Of a stretch of 64,000 bases of DNA, positions 1 to 9,289 are shown one piece after another. This DNA comes from Steroidobacteraceae bacterium. GTDB lineage: Bacteria > Pseudomonadota > Gammaproteobacteria > Steroidobacterales > Steroidobacteraceae. The stretch covers positions 14,081-78,080 of the forward strand of contig DAINQU010000011.1 in NCBI GenBank assembly GCA_036742455.1, in the 5' to 3' direction. Position numbers and translations under genes: made by a program. The first letter of the stretch is position 1, and every line of letters begins with the position of its first letter. The notes under the pieces are model-generated. The model was not told where the DNA came from. It saw only the letters and a program-made list of their open reading frames with translations, and did not search any database.

Positions 1-366
1 GGCCGCGCGCTCAGCACGTTATCGGGCGGTGAGCGGCGACGTGTGGCCCTCGCTGCGGTTCTCGCGCAAGACCCTGACGTGTTGCTGTTGGACGAACCCC
101 AAAACCACTTGGATCCGCGACACCAACTCGCAGCGCTTCGGTTGTTACGGGCCCGCGCAGCGTCCGGCCGGGCCGCTATAGTCTCTCTACACGATCCCTC
201 ATTGGCCGCGCGCTTCGCTGATCGAGCGATTCTGCTGCCCGGCACCGGCGCATGGGCATTCGGCGATGTCGCCGATACGCTTACCCCCGCGACCCTCTCG
301 GACATCTACGGCGTGCACATCGCGGAGGTGGCGGTCGCTGGGCGTCGATATTTCGTTAGCGATTGA
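1..366 (+). CDS. ABC transporter ATP-binding protein, C-terminal fragment (BtuD/FecE/HmuV-like); 5' end lies outside the window
   Basis: Frame 1 is open from nt 1. It translates [38 protein letters not shown], which contains the ABC signature LSGGE and Walker B LLLDEP. It sits next to a B12 uptake module. Confidence 0.8.
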   Translation, partial: GRALSTLSGGERRRVALAAVLAQDPDVLLLDEPQNHLDPRHQLAALRLLRARAASGRAAIVSLHDPSLAARFADRAILLPGTGAWAFGDVADTLTPATLSDIYGVHIAEVAVAGRRYFVSD

Positions 367-1129
367 AGCCGATCGAAGAGCGCATCGTTTCGTGCAGGCG
401 CGTATTGGATGCCAATACCGTCGTCGTATCCAATCCCACGGAGCTCCCGTCCAGCGCCGTAAATCGACCGCCGGCCTCCTCGACAATCGTCACTAGAGCG
501 GCGATATCGAGGATATTCACGTCGGACTCGACGACAGCGTCAATTTTCCCGGCAGCAAGCAGATGGTAGTGAAGGAAATCGCCATAACCCCGGATCCGAC
601 TCACTTGCGACACAAGCCGGCCGTAGTTCGCCCAACAGGCTGACTGCGCGAGTGTTTTGAGATTCCCGGCCGATACGGCGGCCTGCTCAAGCGTCGCCAC
701 CTCACTCACGTTGACGCGCCGCCCGTTAAGGACGGCGCCCCGACCGCGTTCCGCATAGGCCAGTTCGCCGTACAACGGCGCCGAAGAGACGCCGAGGACC
801 AAGGCCCCGTCGCGCCACAACGCGATTTGCGTAGAAAACATCGGGTATTCGCGGACAAATGCTTTGGTGCCGTCAATGGGGTCGACTAACCAAGTCGGAG
901 CGCCATCGCGGATTTCCTGCCCGGTCTCCTCGCCATAAAAGCCGTAGCCCGGGAAGTGCTCGGCCAGCACGGCGCGTATCGCTTGCTCGGTCCGCACATC
1001 CGCTTCAGTCACGGGCGATTTGTCCGCCTTGATCGTGACGGCCAAATTCTTTTGATAGCACTCACGAATGACGCGGGCGCCGGCTTCAGCGGCCGCCAGT
1101 GCGGCTCGGAGTTCAAGGCTAATGTCCAT
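356..1129 (-). CDS. inositol monophosphatase family protein (SuhB/HisN-like)
   Basis: The conserved part starts at [11 protein letters not shown]. It carries the motifs [20 protein letters not shown] and DILDIAAL. The longer ORF (to 1492) adds an implausible R/G-rich N-terminus that runs antisense to the riboswitch. Confidence 0.85.
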   Translation of the reverse strand: MDISLELRAALAAAEAGARVIRECYQKNLAVTIKADKSPVTEADVRTEQAIRAVLAEHFPGYGFYGEETGQEIRDGAPTWLVDPIDGTKAFVREYPMFSTQIALWRDGALVLGVSSAPLYGELAYAERGRGAVLNGRRVNVSEVATLEQAAVSAGNLKTLAQSACWANYGRLVSQVSRIRGYGDFLHYHLLAAGKIDAVVESDVNILDIAALVTIVEEAGGRFTALDGSSVGLDTTTVLASNTRLHETMRSSIGFNR

Positions 1130-1194
1130 AAGGGGTGTTATGCGCAGGCCCGCCCTCGGTGTCAACGGCTTGACAGGGAATGTACTGGACTGCA

Positions 1195-1425
1195 GGATTC
1201 GGCGCGTCAGGTGACCGGATGCTGAGAGGCATTCGGTTAAACGGGAAGTCGGTGCCGTCGCGCGAGCGACCATGCCGACGCTGCCCCCGCAACGGTAACC
1301 GAGCCGTGACTCCATCCGCCGCTTCAAGCGGCAACCACTGTGGACGTGTTCCATGGGAAGGGGATGTGTGTCGGGCGCCTTTCGGCGCTCAGCTCGGAAG
1401 CCCGGAGACCGGCCTGGCGCTATTC
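1195..1425 (+). promoter_or_regulatory. cobalamin (B12) riboswitch in the btuB leader
   Basis: Conserved core GGTTAAACGGGAAGTCGGTG...GCTGCCCCCGCAACGGTAA at about 1234-1288. CCACTGTGG and GGGAAGG lie at about 1335-1362. A B12-box-like AAGCCCGGAGACCGGCC lies at 1398-1414. Downstream, CCTCTCCC (~1483-1490) can pair with the btuB SD GGGAGAG (~1533-1539). Confidence 0.8.
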
Positions 1426-1545
1426 CCGCTGCACGGAGGGTGCTGGCGCATGTGATTTGCGCACACCCCGCGCAGATCCACGCCTCTCCCACGCGCGCGG
1501 TTTACCGCCTAAATCCATGCGGGAGCGCATGGAGGGAGAGAAATC

Positions 1546-3459
1546 GTGTCCGTATCGTTCGTGCGCCCCGTCGTGGCGCTGTCTGCTTGTGTGTGTTCTA
1601 TCTTAGGCGCGGCGACCGCGCACAGCGAAGAGTCTGTCGCTACCCGCACTTCGCAAGAGGTCGTGATCGCCGACTATGCCAAATTGGCGGAGTGGGTCCC
1701 GAGTTTAGATTACGTTGTCGTCACGGCCAGCCGAGAGCCTGAAGCGGCACACGACGTGCTCCTGCCGGTCACGGTCATCGATCGAGACGATATCGACCGC
1801 TCCTTGGATCTCGATGTCGCGCAACTCCTTGGGCAGGTTCCCGGGATCGATATCACACCGTACGGCGGCCCTGGCCAAACCGTTTCCGTGTTTATGCGGG
1901 GTACGAACTCGAATCACACGGTCTTTCTGGTCGACGGCATTCGAATCAATCCCGGCACCATCGGCGTCGCTGCGCTACAGAACATCGCTCCCGATCTGAT
2001 TGATCACGTGGAGATCGTTAAGGGTCCGCGCTCGGCGATCTATGGGACCGATGCTATCGGCGGCGTCGTCAACTTTATTACCCGCGACCCCAAGAGCAAC
2101 GGTGGTTCGGCCAGTATCGGTTATGGCCGTTACAACACGCGAGATGCCGCGGGAACACTAGAGATTGCGGGAGATGCCGGATCATTGTCCTTGGCCACGC
2201 GGTGGCTAGAGTCCGATGGATTTCCGGTGTTCGCGACCGACACGCAAGATCGTGGCTATCGAAATCTCTCCGAGACTTTGACGGGCCGCACCACTGTGGG
2301 CGGCGTCGACGTCGCCGCGCACGCATGGAACGCCACCGGAAACACGCAGTATTCGGATTACGGCACGCCGACAGACGAGAACTATCATGATTCTATGGGC
2401 TCGTTGGAGGCATCCGGCAAAGTGATGGCGGATTGGAATACGCTCTTGCGCATTGCTCGCATGCAGGATGATTTGCGGCAAACGGAGATTGATGCTTACG
2501 CCACGATCCCCCAACCGGACTACGAAACGACCAATCGCACCACACTGGATTGGCAGAACTCCATTTCACTCGGAACGCACGCTATCACGGCCGGCGCTCT
2601 GTGGATGAACGAAGCAACACGTGCGCTTGTCTACGGCTCTGCTTTCGACGTGTCGACTCATTCAACGACCGGCTACCTCGAAGACCGCGTCATTGACGGA
2701 GCGCATCACTACTCGGCTGCCATCGGCCATACGCGGCACAGCACGTTCGGTGATCACACAACGTACAGTGCAGAATACGGTTACGAATCGGCGCCGGGAA
2801 CGATCTGGACGGCAGGCATCGGCACGGCGTTCCGCGCACCCGACAGCACGGATCGATTCGGATACGGCGGCAATCCGTCGTTGCGCCCGGAGACATCTCG
2901 CAATCTCGAGTTGGGCATGCGCCATTCCATTGGCAAGCACGAATCGGTCTCCGTCACGGTATTCGATAATCGAATCGATAACTTGATCGAATTCGTTTAC
3001 ACAGCGGCGGCCCCCTATGGAATCAACGACAACGTGGGCCATGCGCGTATTCGTGGCGCTGAGGCGGACTGGCAATACACCACCGACCTGTGGCGCGCGA
3101 AAGCGGGCGTCGCGCATCAAGAACCAACGGACACCGACTCGGGTACTACACTGATTCGTCGCTCACGCTGGAACGCGAACGCATCGGTTGAACGCGTCTG
3201 GGGCCAACATGAGTTCGGCCTTGACGCGCACACCTCCGGCGCTCGCCCGGATACGACGTACGATGCGAACTACAACCCCGTAGCCGTTTCTTTGGGCGGC
3301 TATACGCTCGTCTCCGCCACGTGGCGCTGGTCCATCAATCCACGACTGAGCCTGCGCGCGAAGGTGGACAATCTGTTCGATAAGCGTTACGAGTACATCA
3401 GCGGATACAACACGGCTCGTCGCGGTGTATTCGCCACGATTCGTTACGACTTTCACTGA
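1546..3459 (+). CDS. btuB: TonB-dependent vitamin B12 receptor
   Basis: Has a signal peptide and a plug domain (VVTASR, DIDRSL, PGIDI, GTNSNHTVFLVDGIRIN, IEIVKGPRSAIYG). The C-terminal barrel ends IRYDFH. It follows a cobalamin riboswitch, with GTG start after a GGAGGGAGAG SD. Confidence 0.85.
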   Translation: MSVSFVRPVVALSACVCSILGAATAHSEESVATRTSQEVVIADYAKLAEWVPSLDYVVVTASREPEAAHDVLLPVTVIDRDDIDRSLDLDVAQLLGQVPGIDITPYGGPGQTVSVFMRGTNSNHTVFLVDGIRINPGTIGVAALQNIAPDLIDHVEIVKGPRSAIYGTDAIGGVVNFITRDPKSNGGSASIGYGRYNTRDAAGTLEIAGDAGSLSLATRWLESDGFPVFATDTQDRGYRNLSETLTGRTTVGGVDVAAHAWNATGNTQYSDYGTPTDENYHDSMGSLEASGKVMADWNTLLRIARMQDDLRQTEIDAYATIPQPDYETTNRTTLDWQNSISLGTHAITAGALWMNEATRALVYGSAFDVSTHSTTGYLEDRVIDGAHHYSAAIGHTRHSTFGDHTTYSAEYGYESAPGTIWTAGIGTAFRAPDSTDRFGYGGNPSLRPETSRNLELGMRHSIGKHESVSVTVFDNRIDNLIEFVYTAAAPYGINDNVGHARIRGAEADWQYTTDLWRAKAGVAHQEPTDTDSGTTLIRRSRWNANASVERVWGQHEFGLDAHTSGARPDTTYDANYNPVAVSLGGYTLVSATWRWSINPRLSLRAKVDNLFDKRYEYISGYNTARRGVFATIRYDFH

Positions 3460-3479
3460 TGTACTGGACGACATGAACC

Positions 3480-4034
3480 ATGGGTAATCGACTGAGTAAG
3501 ATCTATACGCGCACGGGCGACGACGGCACCACTGGCTTAGGGGACGGCGCCCGAGTGGAGAAGGAGTCTCTGCGCGTCGAAGCCTATGGCAGTGTCGACG
3601 AGGCTAACAGTGCCGTGGGTATGGTGCTGGCGACGCCGCTTCTCCCCGAAGCGGCGCGCGCCTGCTTATTTGAAGTGCAGCACGATCTCTTTGATGTCGG
3701 CGCCGAGCTGTGTATTCCCGGGCATCGGGTGATTACTCAGTCGCACATCGACCGCTTAGAGCAAACGTTGGACGGCTTCAATGCCGAACTCCCTCGGTTG
3801 CAGGAGTTCATTCTTCCGGGTGGCGGGCCGGCCGCGTCTGCATGCCACCTTGCGAGGACCATCGTACGACGAGCTGAACGCCGGGTTTGGGCGTTGAGCC
3901 GTATCGAGGCCGTGCATGACGACGTCCCGAAGTATCTCAACCGACTGTCCGACCTATTGTTCGTGATCGCCCGTGTCCTGTGTCGTGCGGAACGAGGGAG
4001 CGAAGTCCTCTGGCGGCACGATCGAGGGCGGTAA
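3480..4034 (+). CDS. ATP:cob(I)alamin adenosyltransferase, PduO type
   Basis: N-terminus KIYTRTGDDGTTGL plus the RVEAYGSVDEANS and FILPGG motifs are typical of the PduO/MMAB family. Confidence 0.9.
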   Translation: MGNRLSKIYTRTGDDGTTGLGDGARVEKESLRVEAYGSVDEANSAVGMVLATPLLPEAARACLFEVQHDLFDVGAELCIPGHRVITQSHIDRLEQTLDGFNAELPRLQEFILPGGGPAASACHLARTIVRRAERRVWALSRIEAVHDDVPKYLNRLSDLLFVIARVLCRAERGSEVLWRHDRGR

Positions 4035-4040
4035 CCGGCG

Positions 4041-4559
4041 TCACCGCCACACGGCGTCATCCGCTGAAGGGACAGCGGCGACGAGTTTGGCGGCGACCGC
4101 TTCGCACAGAGAGCGAGGGTCATAGACCGTATCGTCGCCGAGGCGTAGGTCGGCAGCCAGCGCAGGGCGCTCGTCCACCGGCGTGATGAGGTTGTCGTCT
4201 CCGTACTCCACGCGCCAGTCGGTGACCAGACTGGCCCCGGGAGACAGGGTGACCGACCCATCAAAACGGTGAAACGCGGGAACCGGCCAGTGACGCCGGT
4301 CGAAATGCGGCCAATGGGAAACCAGCGGCCACAATCCCTGGAAGAGCGCCTTGTCGCGAAAGCGCGCGACGAAGACCGCCTGCGCGGGATTGCGCGACTC
4401 CATCCACGAGGGTTCGGGCGCGCGCGTGCGCCGAGGGCCAAAAAAGTAACCTAACAAGATGCCGCCCCGCCGGGGCGCGCGGACCACTAAACCCACCCCG
4501 TATTGGCCAGGCTCGACGGGGAGCAGGAAGAAATGACCTTCTCGCGGGGGAGAGCCCAT
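4041..4559 (-). CDS. hypothetical cytoplasmic protein, co-transcribed with ampD (possibly Imm26-like)
   Basis: 172-aa ORF with no signal peptide or transmembrane segment. Its start lies 2 nt after the ampD stop (TAAccATG). The sequence pattern EGHFFLLPVEPGQYGVGLVV ... LWPLVSHWP loosely recalls immunity-protein-26-type proteins. Function is not established. Confidence 0.55.
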   Translation of the reverse strand: MGSPPREGHFFLLPVEPGQYGVGLVVRAPRRGGILLGYFFGPRRTRAPEPSWMESRNPAQAVFVARFRDKALFQGLWPLVSHWPHFDRRHWPVPAFHRFDGSVTLSPGASLVTDWRVEYGDDNLITPVDERPALAADLRLGDDTVYDPRSLCEAVAAKLVAAVPSADDAVWR

Positions 4560-4561
4560 GG

Positions 4562-5155
4562 TTAGGTGCGCTCCGCCGCCAGACCTAACCGCAATTGTCG
4601 CAGCCGGGTCCAGTCAAAGTAGGGGCCAGGGTCCGTTTTGCGACCCGGCGCAATGTCGCTGTGCCCCACGATCGGCGCTCCCCGGAGGCTCGAATATGCC
4701 CGTTCTAGGGCGTCAATCGCTGCGTGCAGCGCCACGTATTGGGCCGTCTCGTAGGGCCCTTCGTCGCACCCCTCCAATTCAATTCCGATCGAAAAATCAT
4801 TGCACGCGAGCCGATGCGCCCAGACCGAGGCGCCCGCATGCCACGCCCGGGAATGGAACGGTACAAACTGTACGATCCGGCCATCCCGGCGGATATAGAG
4901 GTGCGCCGATACGCGCAATCCCTCAATTGACTTGAAAAATGGATGCTCCTCCGGAGGGAGGCGGTTGGTAAACAAGGCTTCGACCCAAGCCCCACCGTAC
5001 TCGCCCGGCGGCAGGCTGATGCCATGAAGCACAATTAAATCGAGGGAGGCCCCCGGTGGACGTGCATCCTGGTTCGGGGAGTCAATCTGGGTAGCTCCGG
5101 CCAGAAGACCGGTGCCTAGGTCGATACTGAGGGGCGGAACGACGGTCATGGACAC
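4562..5155 (-). CDS. ampD: 1,6-anhydro-N-acetylmuramyl-L-alanine amidase
   Basis: Amidase_2 motifs: LIVLHGISLPPGEYGG, AHLYIRRDGRIVQFV, AWHAG, FSIGIELEG, GHSDIAPGRKTDPGPYFDW. Confidence 0.9.
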   Translation of the reverse strand: MSMTVVPPLSIDLGTGLLAGATQIDSPNQDARPPGASLDLIVLHGISLPPGEYGGAWVEALFTNRLPPEEHPFFKSIEGLRVSAHLYIRRDGRIVQFVPFHSRAWHAGASVWAHRLACNDFSIGIELEGCDEGPYETAQYVALHAAIDALERAYSSLRGAPIVGHSDIAPGRKTDPGPYFDWTRLRQLRLGLAAERT

Positions 5156-5211
5156 ACTTTAATCCGGTACGGGGGCGGCGGCGAGAGTGTTCGGCCGGTA
5201 CACTGTCGGGT

Positions 5212-5955
5212 ATGCGTACGATCCGAGTCCATCACCCCGGGCCGTTGGCCATGGGCGCCCGACTGAGGCTTGACGAGCGTTCAGGCCTACACCTCACCCG
5301 CGTCTTGCGGCTGAAGTCCGGCGCACCCGTCGTTGTTTTTGATGGGGGCGGTCACGAGCATGACGGCATTTTGGATCTTGGACGGGACGGCCGCTCAGAA
5401 CTCGTCATTGGGGCCGCCCGTGAGGCTCTCCCCCGCTCCCCACTGACCATCACGCTCTCTCAGGGCGTCTCTCGGGGCGAACGCATGGATTACGCCATTC
5501 AAAAAGCCACGGAATTAGGGGTGAGCCGCATCGTCCCACTGCTGTGCGAACGCAGCGTGGTGCGTTTGGACGCGGAACAATCGACGCGGAAACGCGCACA
5601 CTGGGAAGGCGTCGCCATCGCCGCAGCAGAGCAGAGTGGCCGCGCGGACGTCCCTGGCATTGAGGCTGCTGGGACTCTCGAGGCGCATCTCTCGAGTGTA
5701 TACGGCGTGGCGGACGGCATATTGCGGTTAGTGCTCGATCCCGTGAGCGCGACCAGTCCAAAGCAACTGCCTGAATCGCTTCAGCGAATCGAGTTGCTGA
5801 TCGGCCCTGAAGGGGGACTGACCGATCGTGAACTCGATCTCGCTCGTCGCGCCGGCTATCAAAGCCTTCGGCTAGGGCCTCGTGTATTGCGTACCGAAAC
5901 AGCAGCCGCTGCGGCCATCGCAGTGCTCCAAGCTTTGTACGGTGACCTGGGATGA
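5212..5955 (+). CDS. rsmE: 16S rRNA (uracil1498-N3)-methyltransferase
   Basis: RsmE family motifs: HHLTRVLRLKSG-like N-terminus, ERSVVRL, and LLIGPEGGLTDRELDLA ... LGPRVLRTETAA at the C-terminus. Confidence 0.9.
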   Translation: MRTIRVHHPGPLAMGARLRLDERSGLHLTRVLRLKSGAPVVVFDGGGHEHDGILDLGRDGRSELVIGAAREALPRSPLTITLSQGVSRGERMDYAIQKATELGVSRIVPLLCERSVVRLDAEQSTRKRAHWEGVAIAAAEQSGRADVPGIEAAGTLEAHLSSVYGVADGILRLVLDPVSATSPKQLPESLQRIELLIGPEGGLTDRELDLARRAGYQSLRLGPRVLRTETAAAAAIAVLQALYGDLG

Positions 5956-8255
5956 CAACAACTCGCACAGTCTGGATGTTGCCGCGCAAAGTGCTGTACG
6001 CACTGGGCGGCATTATTCTGATCGCGGCACTGGGCTTGCTCGGATGGGTGTTCTACCTCGACGGGGTCGTCCAACACGAGTTCAAAGGACGACTGTGGTC
6101 AGTGCCGGCTCGGGTTTACGCGGCGCCCACAGACCTTTATGTCGGAGCAACCGTCACAGCCGATGATCTCGATACAGAGCTGCGCCGCCTGCATTACCGC
6201 ATCGGGGATCCCGGCAGTGGCCCTGGCATCTATCGCCGTAAAGGCGGTGACTTTGAGATCAATACGCGGCGCGTTCGATTCGTAGACGAAATGCGTGCAC
6301 CGGTACGAATCCGGGTGCATGCCAATGCTGAGGGAATTGCGGGTATCGAGTCCGCTGATGGCACCGAATTGCCTCTTTTTAGGCTGGATCCGTTACTGAT
6401 CGGCAGTGTTTTCCCCGTCCACGGTGAAGATCGGATTGTCCTTACGCCGAACGACGTCCCGGAAATGCTCGTCACGTTTCTCAAAACCATTGAGGACCGT
6501 CGCTTTGACGAGCATAACGGCGTGGATTTGCGGAGCATCCTGCGGGCCATTTGGGCGGATGTGCGCGCCGGCCATATGGTTCAAGGCGGCAGCACACTCA
6601 CGCAGCAGTTGGTCAAAAACTATTTTCTCACCGACGAACGCACCTTCGGGCGCAAGCTCAAAGAAGCGGTCATGGCGATGCGCCTTGAGGCGCATTACAC
6701 CAAAGAAGAAATTCTGATCGCGTATTTAAATGAGATTGACCTAGGCCAAGACGGCGAACGCGCCATCCATGGATTTGGGTTAGGTAGCGAGTACTACTTT
6801 GGCAAGCCGATCGACGAACTCGAACCGGCCGAAATGGCATTACTGGTGGGCCTAGTGAAGGGCCCTTCTTGGTATGACCCACTGAAGCATCCGGATCGTG
6901 CGCGCACGCGGCGCAATCTCGTCCTCAAAGAATTGGGAGAAGCCAAGGTACTCGACGCGGCTGCCGTCACTCGAGCACAGGCCCAACCACTCGGATTACG
7001 GCCGGCGGGTGCAGGCTATGTGCCTGCGTTCCTGGATCTCGTCCGGCGCCATCTGAAGCGCGACTATGCGGAAGCGGACCTGGCAGCGGCGGGCCTCTCT
7101 ATCTATACAACGCTAGACCCTCACGCGCAGGCCGCCGCCGAGCGCGCGGTGACCAATCAACTGAAGCGCCTCGATACCATCGCGCACAATCGCTCGAAAG
7201 GTGCTCCTTTGGAAGCCGCGATGATTATCGCCGAGCCCACGAGCGGCCAAGTTCTGGCGGTCGTCGGCGGGCGCGACACCCGCTTCCTGGGATTTAATCG
7301 CGCCTTGGATGCGCGCCGCTCCATCGGTTCGCTGGTCAAACCAGCCGTTTATTTGACCGCTTTGGAGACCGGCCGCTACAACGCAGCGACAATATTGCTG
7401 GACGCGCCATTGGAATTGAAGCTGCCAGATGGCCAAGTCTGGGCACCGCAAAACTATACGCACGAAGTCTTCGGTTCCGTGCCCATGGTCCGCGCCCTTT
7501 CCGAATCCATGAATCTTGCGACCGTTCGACTGGGTCTCGAGCTTGGGCTTCCGGCCGTGGCGGATACGTTGCAAAAGCTCGGTCTCGAGCGACGCCCGGC
7601 GCTGAATCCATCGATGCTGCTCGGTACGGTGGAGATGACGCCGCTAGAGGTCATACAGGTCTACACCGCGTTGGCGAACGGCGGGTTTCAGTCGCGCCTG
7701 CGGTCGGTTCAGGCTGTGCTGGATGAAGACGGCAAGGCGCTCAAGAGCTTTAAGTTAGAGGTCACCCCGGCGGCCTCGCCGGCGGCTGTCTATGAAGTGT
7801 CTCGAATGATGACGCAGGTCACCGAGCGTGGGACGGGCCGTGCGGTCGGCGCTCGCCTGCATGTGACCATGCCCGCCAAAACCGGCACATCCTCAGATCT
7901 TCGTGACAGCTGGTTTGCGGGCTTTACCGGCTCACATGTCGCCGTTGCGTGGGTCGGTTACGATGATAATCGACCGACCGGACTCACCGGCGCCACGGGC
8001 GCGTTACCGGTTTGGTTGGATGCGATGTCAGAACTACACCTGAAGGCCTGGCAGCCGGATACCCCGACGGAAGTCGAGGATCGTTGGATTGAGTTCTCCT
8101 CTGGACTCGCCACGGAACCGCGCTGCAGCGCCGATGCGGTGTTGGTCGGTGTTCCGCGCGGCACGACACTCACCGCGCGCCAAGGATGCGGGCAACCCGC
8201 CTCCGAGTCGGTTGTTGACCGAGTAAAATCATGGTTAGAAAAAACAGTCCATTGA
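5952..8255 (+). CDS. mrcB: penicillin-binding protein 1B (bifunctional glycosyltransferase/transpeptidase)
   Basis: N-terminal transmembrane segment and a UB2H-like region (RLWSVPARVYA). GT51 motifs EDRRFDEHNGVD, GGSTLTQQLVKN and RKLKE. Transpeptidase motifs SIGSLVKP, SESMN and KTGTS. Confidence 0.9.
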   Translation: MTTTRTVWMLPRKVLYALGGIILIAALGLLGWVFYLDGVVQHEFKGRLWSVPARVYAAPTDLYVGATVTADDLDTELRRLHYRIGDPGSGPGIYRRKGGDFEINTRRVRFVDEMRAPVRIRVHANAEGIAGIESADGTELPLFRLDPLLIGSVFPVHGEDRIVLTPNDVPEMLVTFLKTIEDRRFDEHNGVDLRSILRAIWADVRAGHMVQGGSTLTQQLVKNYFLTDERTFGRKLKEAVMAMRLEAHYTKEEILIAYLNEIDLGQDGERAIHGFGLGSEYYFGKPIDELEPAEMALLVGLVKGPSWYDPLKHPDRARTRRNLVLKELGEAKVLDAAAVTRAQAQPLGLRPAGAGYVPAFLDLVRRHLKRDYAEADLAAAGLSIYTTLDPHAQAAAERAVTNQLKRLDTIAHNRSKGAPLEAAMIIAEPTSGQVLAVVGGRDTRFLGFNRALDARRSIGSLVKPAVYLTALETGRYNAATILLDAPLELKLPDGQVWAPQNYTHEVFGSVPMVRALSESMNLATVRLGLELGLPAVADTLQKLGLERRPALNPSMLLGTVEMTPLEVIQVYTALANGGFQSRLRSVQAVLDEDGKALKSFKLEVTPAASPAAVYEVSRMMTQVTERGTGRAVGARLHVTMPAKTGTSSDLRDSWFAGFTGSHVAVAWVGYDDNRPTGLTGATGALPVWLDAMSELHLKAWQPDTPTEVEDRWIEFSSGLATEPRCSADAVLVGVPRGTTLTARQGCGQPASESVVDRVKSWLEKTVH

Positions 8256-8803
8256 TAAATGCCCTTCGCCGCAGCGGCGGAACCGCGCTATTGCTGATTC
8301 TCGCGGCCTGTGCAGCGCCACCGCCCTATCAAATGCCGGCGCCGAAAGCTGAGCCTGTGGTGGCAGCAGCGCCGAAGGAAGCCACCTTGCCTCCGCCACC
8401 GCCGGCACCCGCGCAACCTGTCCAGGAGGCGCCGAAGCCGGTGCAAAAGGAGGCGGCAGAGCCTCCGAGCAGGGCGTTTAAATTGGGGCCCGCCACACAA
8501 GCACTGGTGAATCAGGCCCGCGGCCAGGTGACAAAGGGGCAGTTACCGGGAGCCTCGGCGACGCTCGATCGAGCCTTGCGGATAGAGCCACAGAATCCGC
8601 TGTTGTGGATCGAAGTGGCAAGACTTCGATTGACGGAGGGTGACACGAAACAAGCTGAAAATTGTGCCCGCAGAGCCTTATTACTCGGATCGACCGATGT
8701 CTCAGTCCGTCAAACGGCGGGGCATCTGTTGGCGGACATTCTGCGCGCACTGCATCGCGACGATGACGCAAAGGACCTCGAAGACCAGCCTTGGATGAAC
8801 TAA
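8231..8803 (+). CDS. TPR-repeat lipoprotein, LpoP-like candidate PBP1B activator
   Basis: Lipobox LLILAAC, a Pro/Ala-rich linker (PPPPPAPAQPVQEAPKP), and a C-terminal TPR-like region (LDRALRIEPQNPLLWIEVARLRL). It overlaps the mrcB 3' end by 25 nt. Confidence 0.6.
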   Translation: MVRKNSPLINALRRSGGTALLLILAACAAPPPYQMPAPKAEPVVAAAPKEATLPPPPPAPAQPVQEAPKPVQKEAAEPPSRAFKLGPATQALVNQARGQVTKGQLPGASATLDRALRIEPQNPLLWIEVARLRLTEGDTKQAENCARRALLLGSTDVSVRQTAGHLLADILRALHRDDDAKDLEDQPWMN

Positions 8804-8812
8804 TTCACGCGC

Positions 8813-9289
8813 TCACGCATCAATCGAAGTCTCATCGGCGATCATGCCTTCGAGGTGCTCAAGATCGGGCACGAGCGGATTCTCATTTAACATCCGCAAC
8901 GCGCAAAGCACCGGACTGCGTTCCGGAAAATCGCGGGTAGGATCTGGTTTGATGACGTCGGGGTTCAAGCGAATCAATTGCGGAAACCCTTGGGTCAGTA
9001 TCCCAAAGTGACCGCCAGAGAGCTGATCGCCCAAAGCGTGCAGAACGACGATTCGGGTCCTACCCGTCGGCTGGGGTAGCGGACGGCCCAGCGCCGCCTC
9101 GAAACTAATGACTGGGACCTCGCGCCCATTCCATCGAACCGTGCCCACATACCAAGGCGGTGCTCCCGGCATCGGTGTCGGAGCAGACCACGCGATCACT
9201 TCGGCTGTGCAGCTGCGCGGCAACAACAATCGCTCATCTGCCAGAGGAATGAGCAATCCATAAAACTCCTCGTCACCCGTCTCTTTCAT
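8813..9289 (-). CDS. CheW-domain coupling protein (ChpC-like)
   Basis: CheW-like pattern (LLIPLADERLLLPRSCTAEV, WNGREVPVISFEAALG). Its start overlaps the chpA stop (ATGA). Confidence 0.75.
   Translation of the reverse strand: MKETGDEEFYGLLIPLADERLLLPRSCTAEVIAWSAPTPMPGAPPWYVGTVRWNGREVPVISFEAALGRPLPQPTGRTRIVVLHALGDQLSGGHFGILTQGFPQLIRLNPDVIKPDPTRDFPERSPVLCALRMLNENPLVPDLEHLEGMIADETSIDA

Noticed and set aside
1130-1492. N-terminal 121-codon extension of the inositol monophosphatase ORF
   Set aside because: The extension is not conserved-looking and lies antisense to the cobalamin riboswitch. The family-typical N-terminus begins at the ATG at 1129.
3737-4441. 234-aa minus-strand ORF overlapping the cobalamin adenosyltransferase and the ampD-linked hypothetical gene
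   Set aside because: It overlaps a confidently identified gene in antisense and overlaps another frame of the 4041-4559 ORF. The translation is extremely Arg/Ser-rich and has no domain signature.
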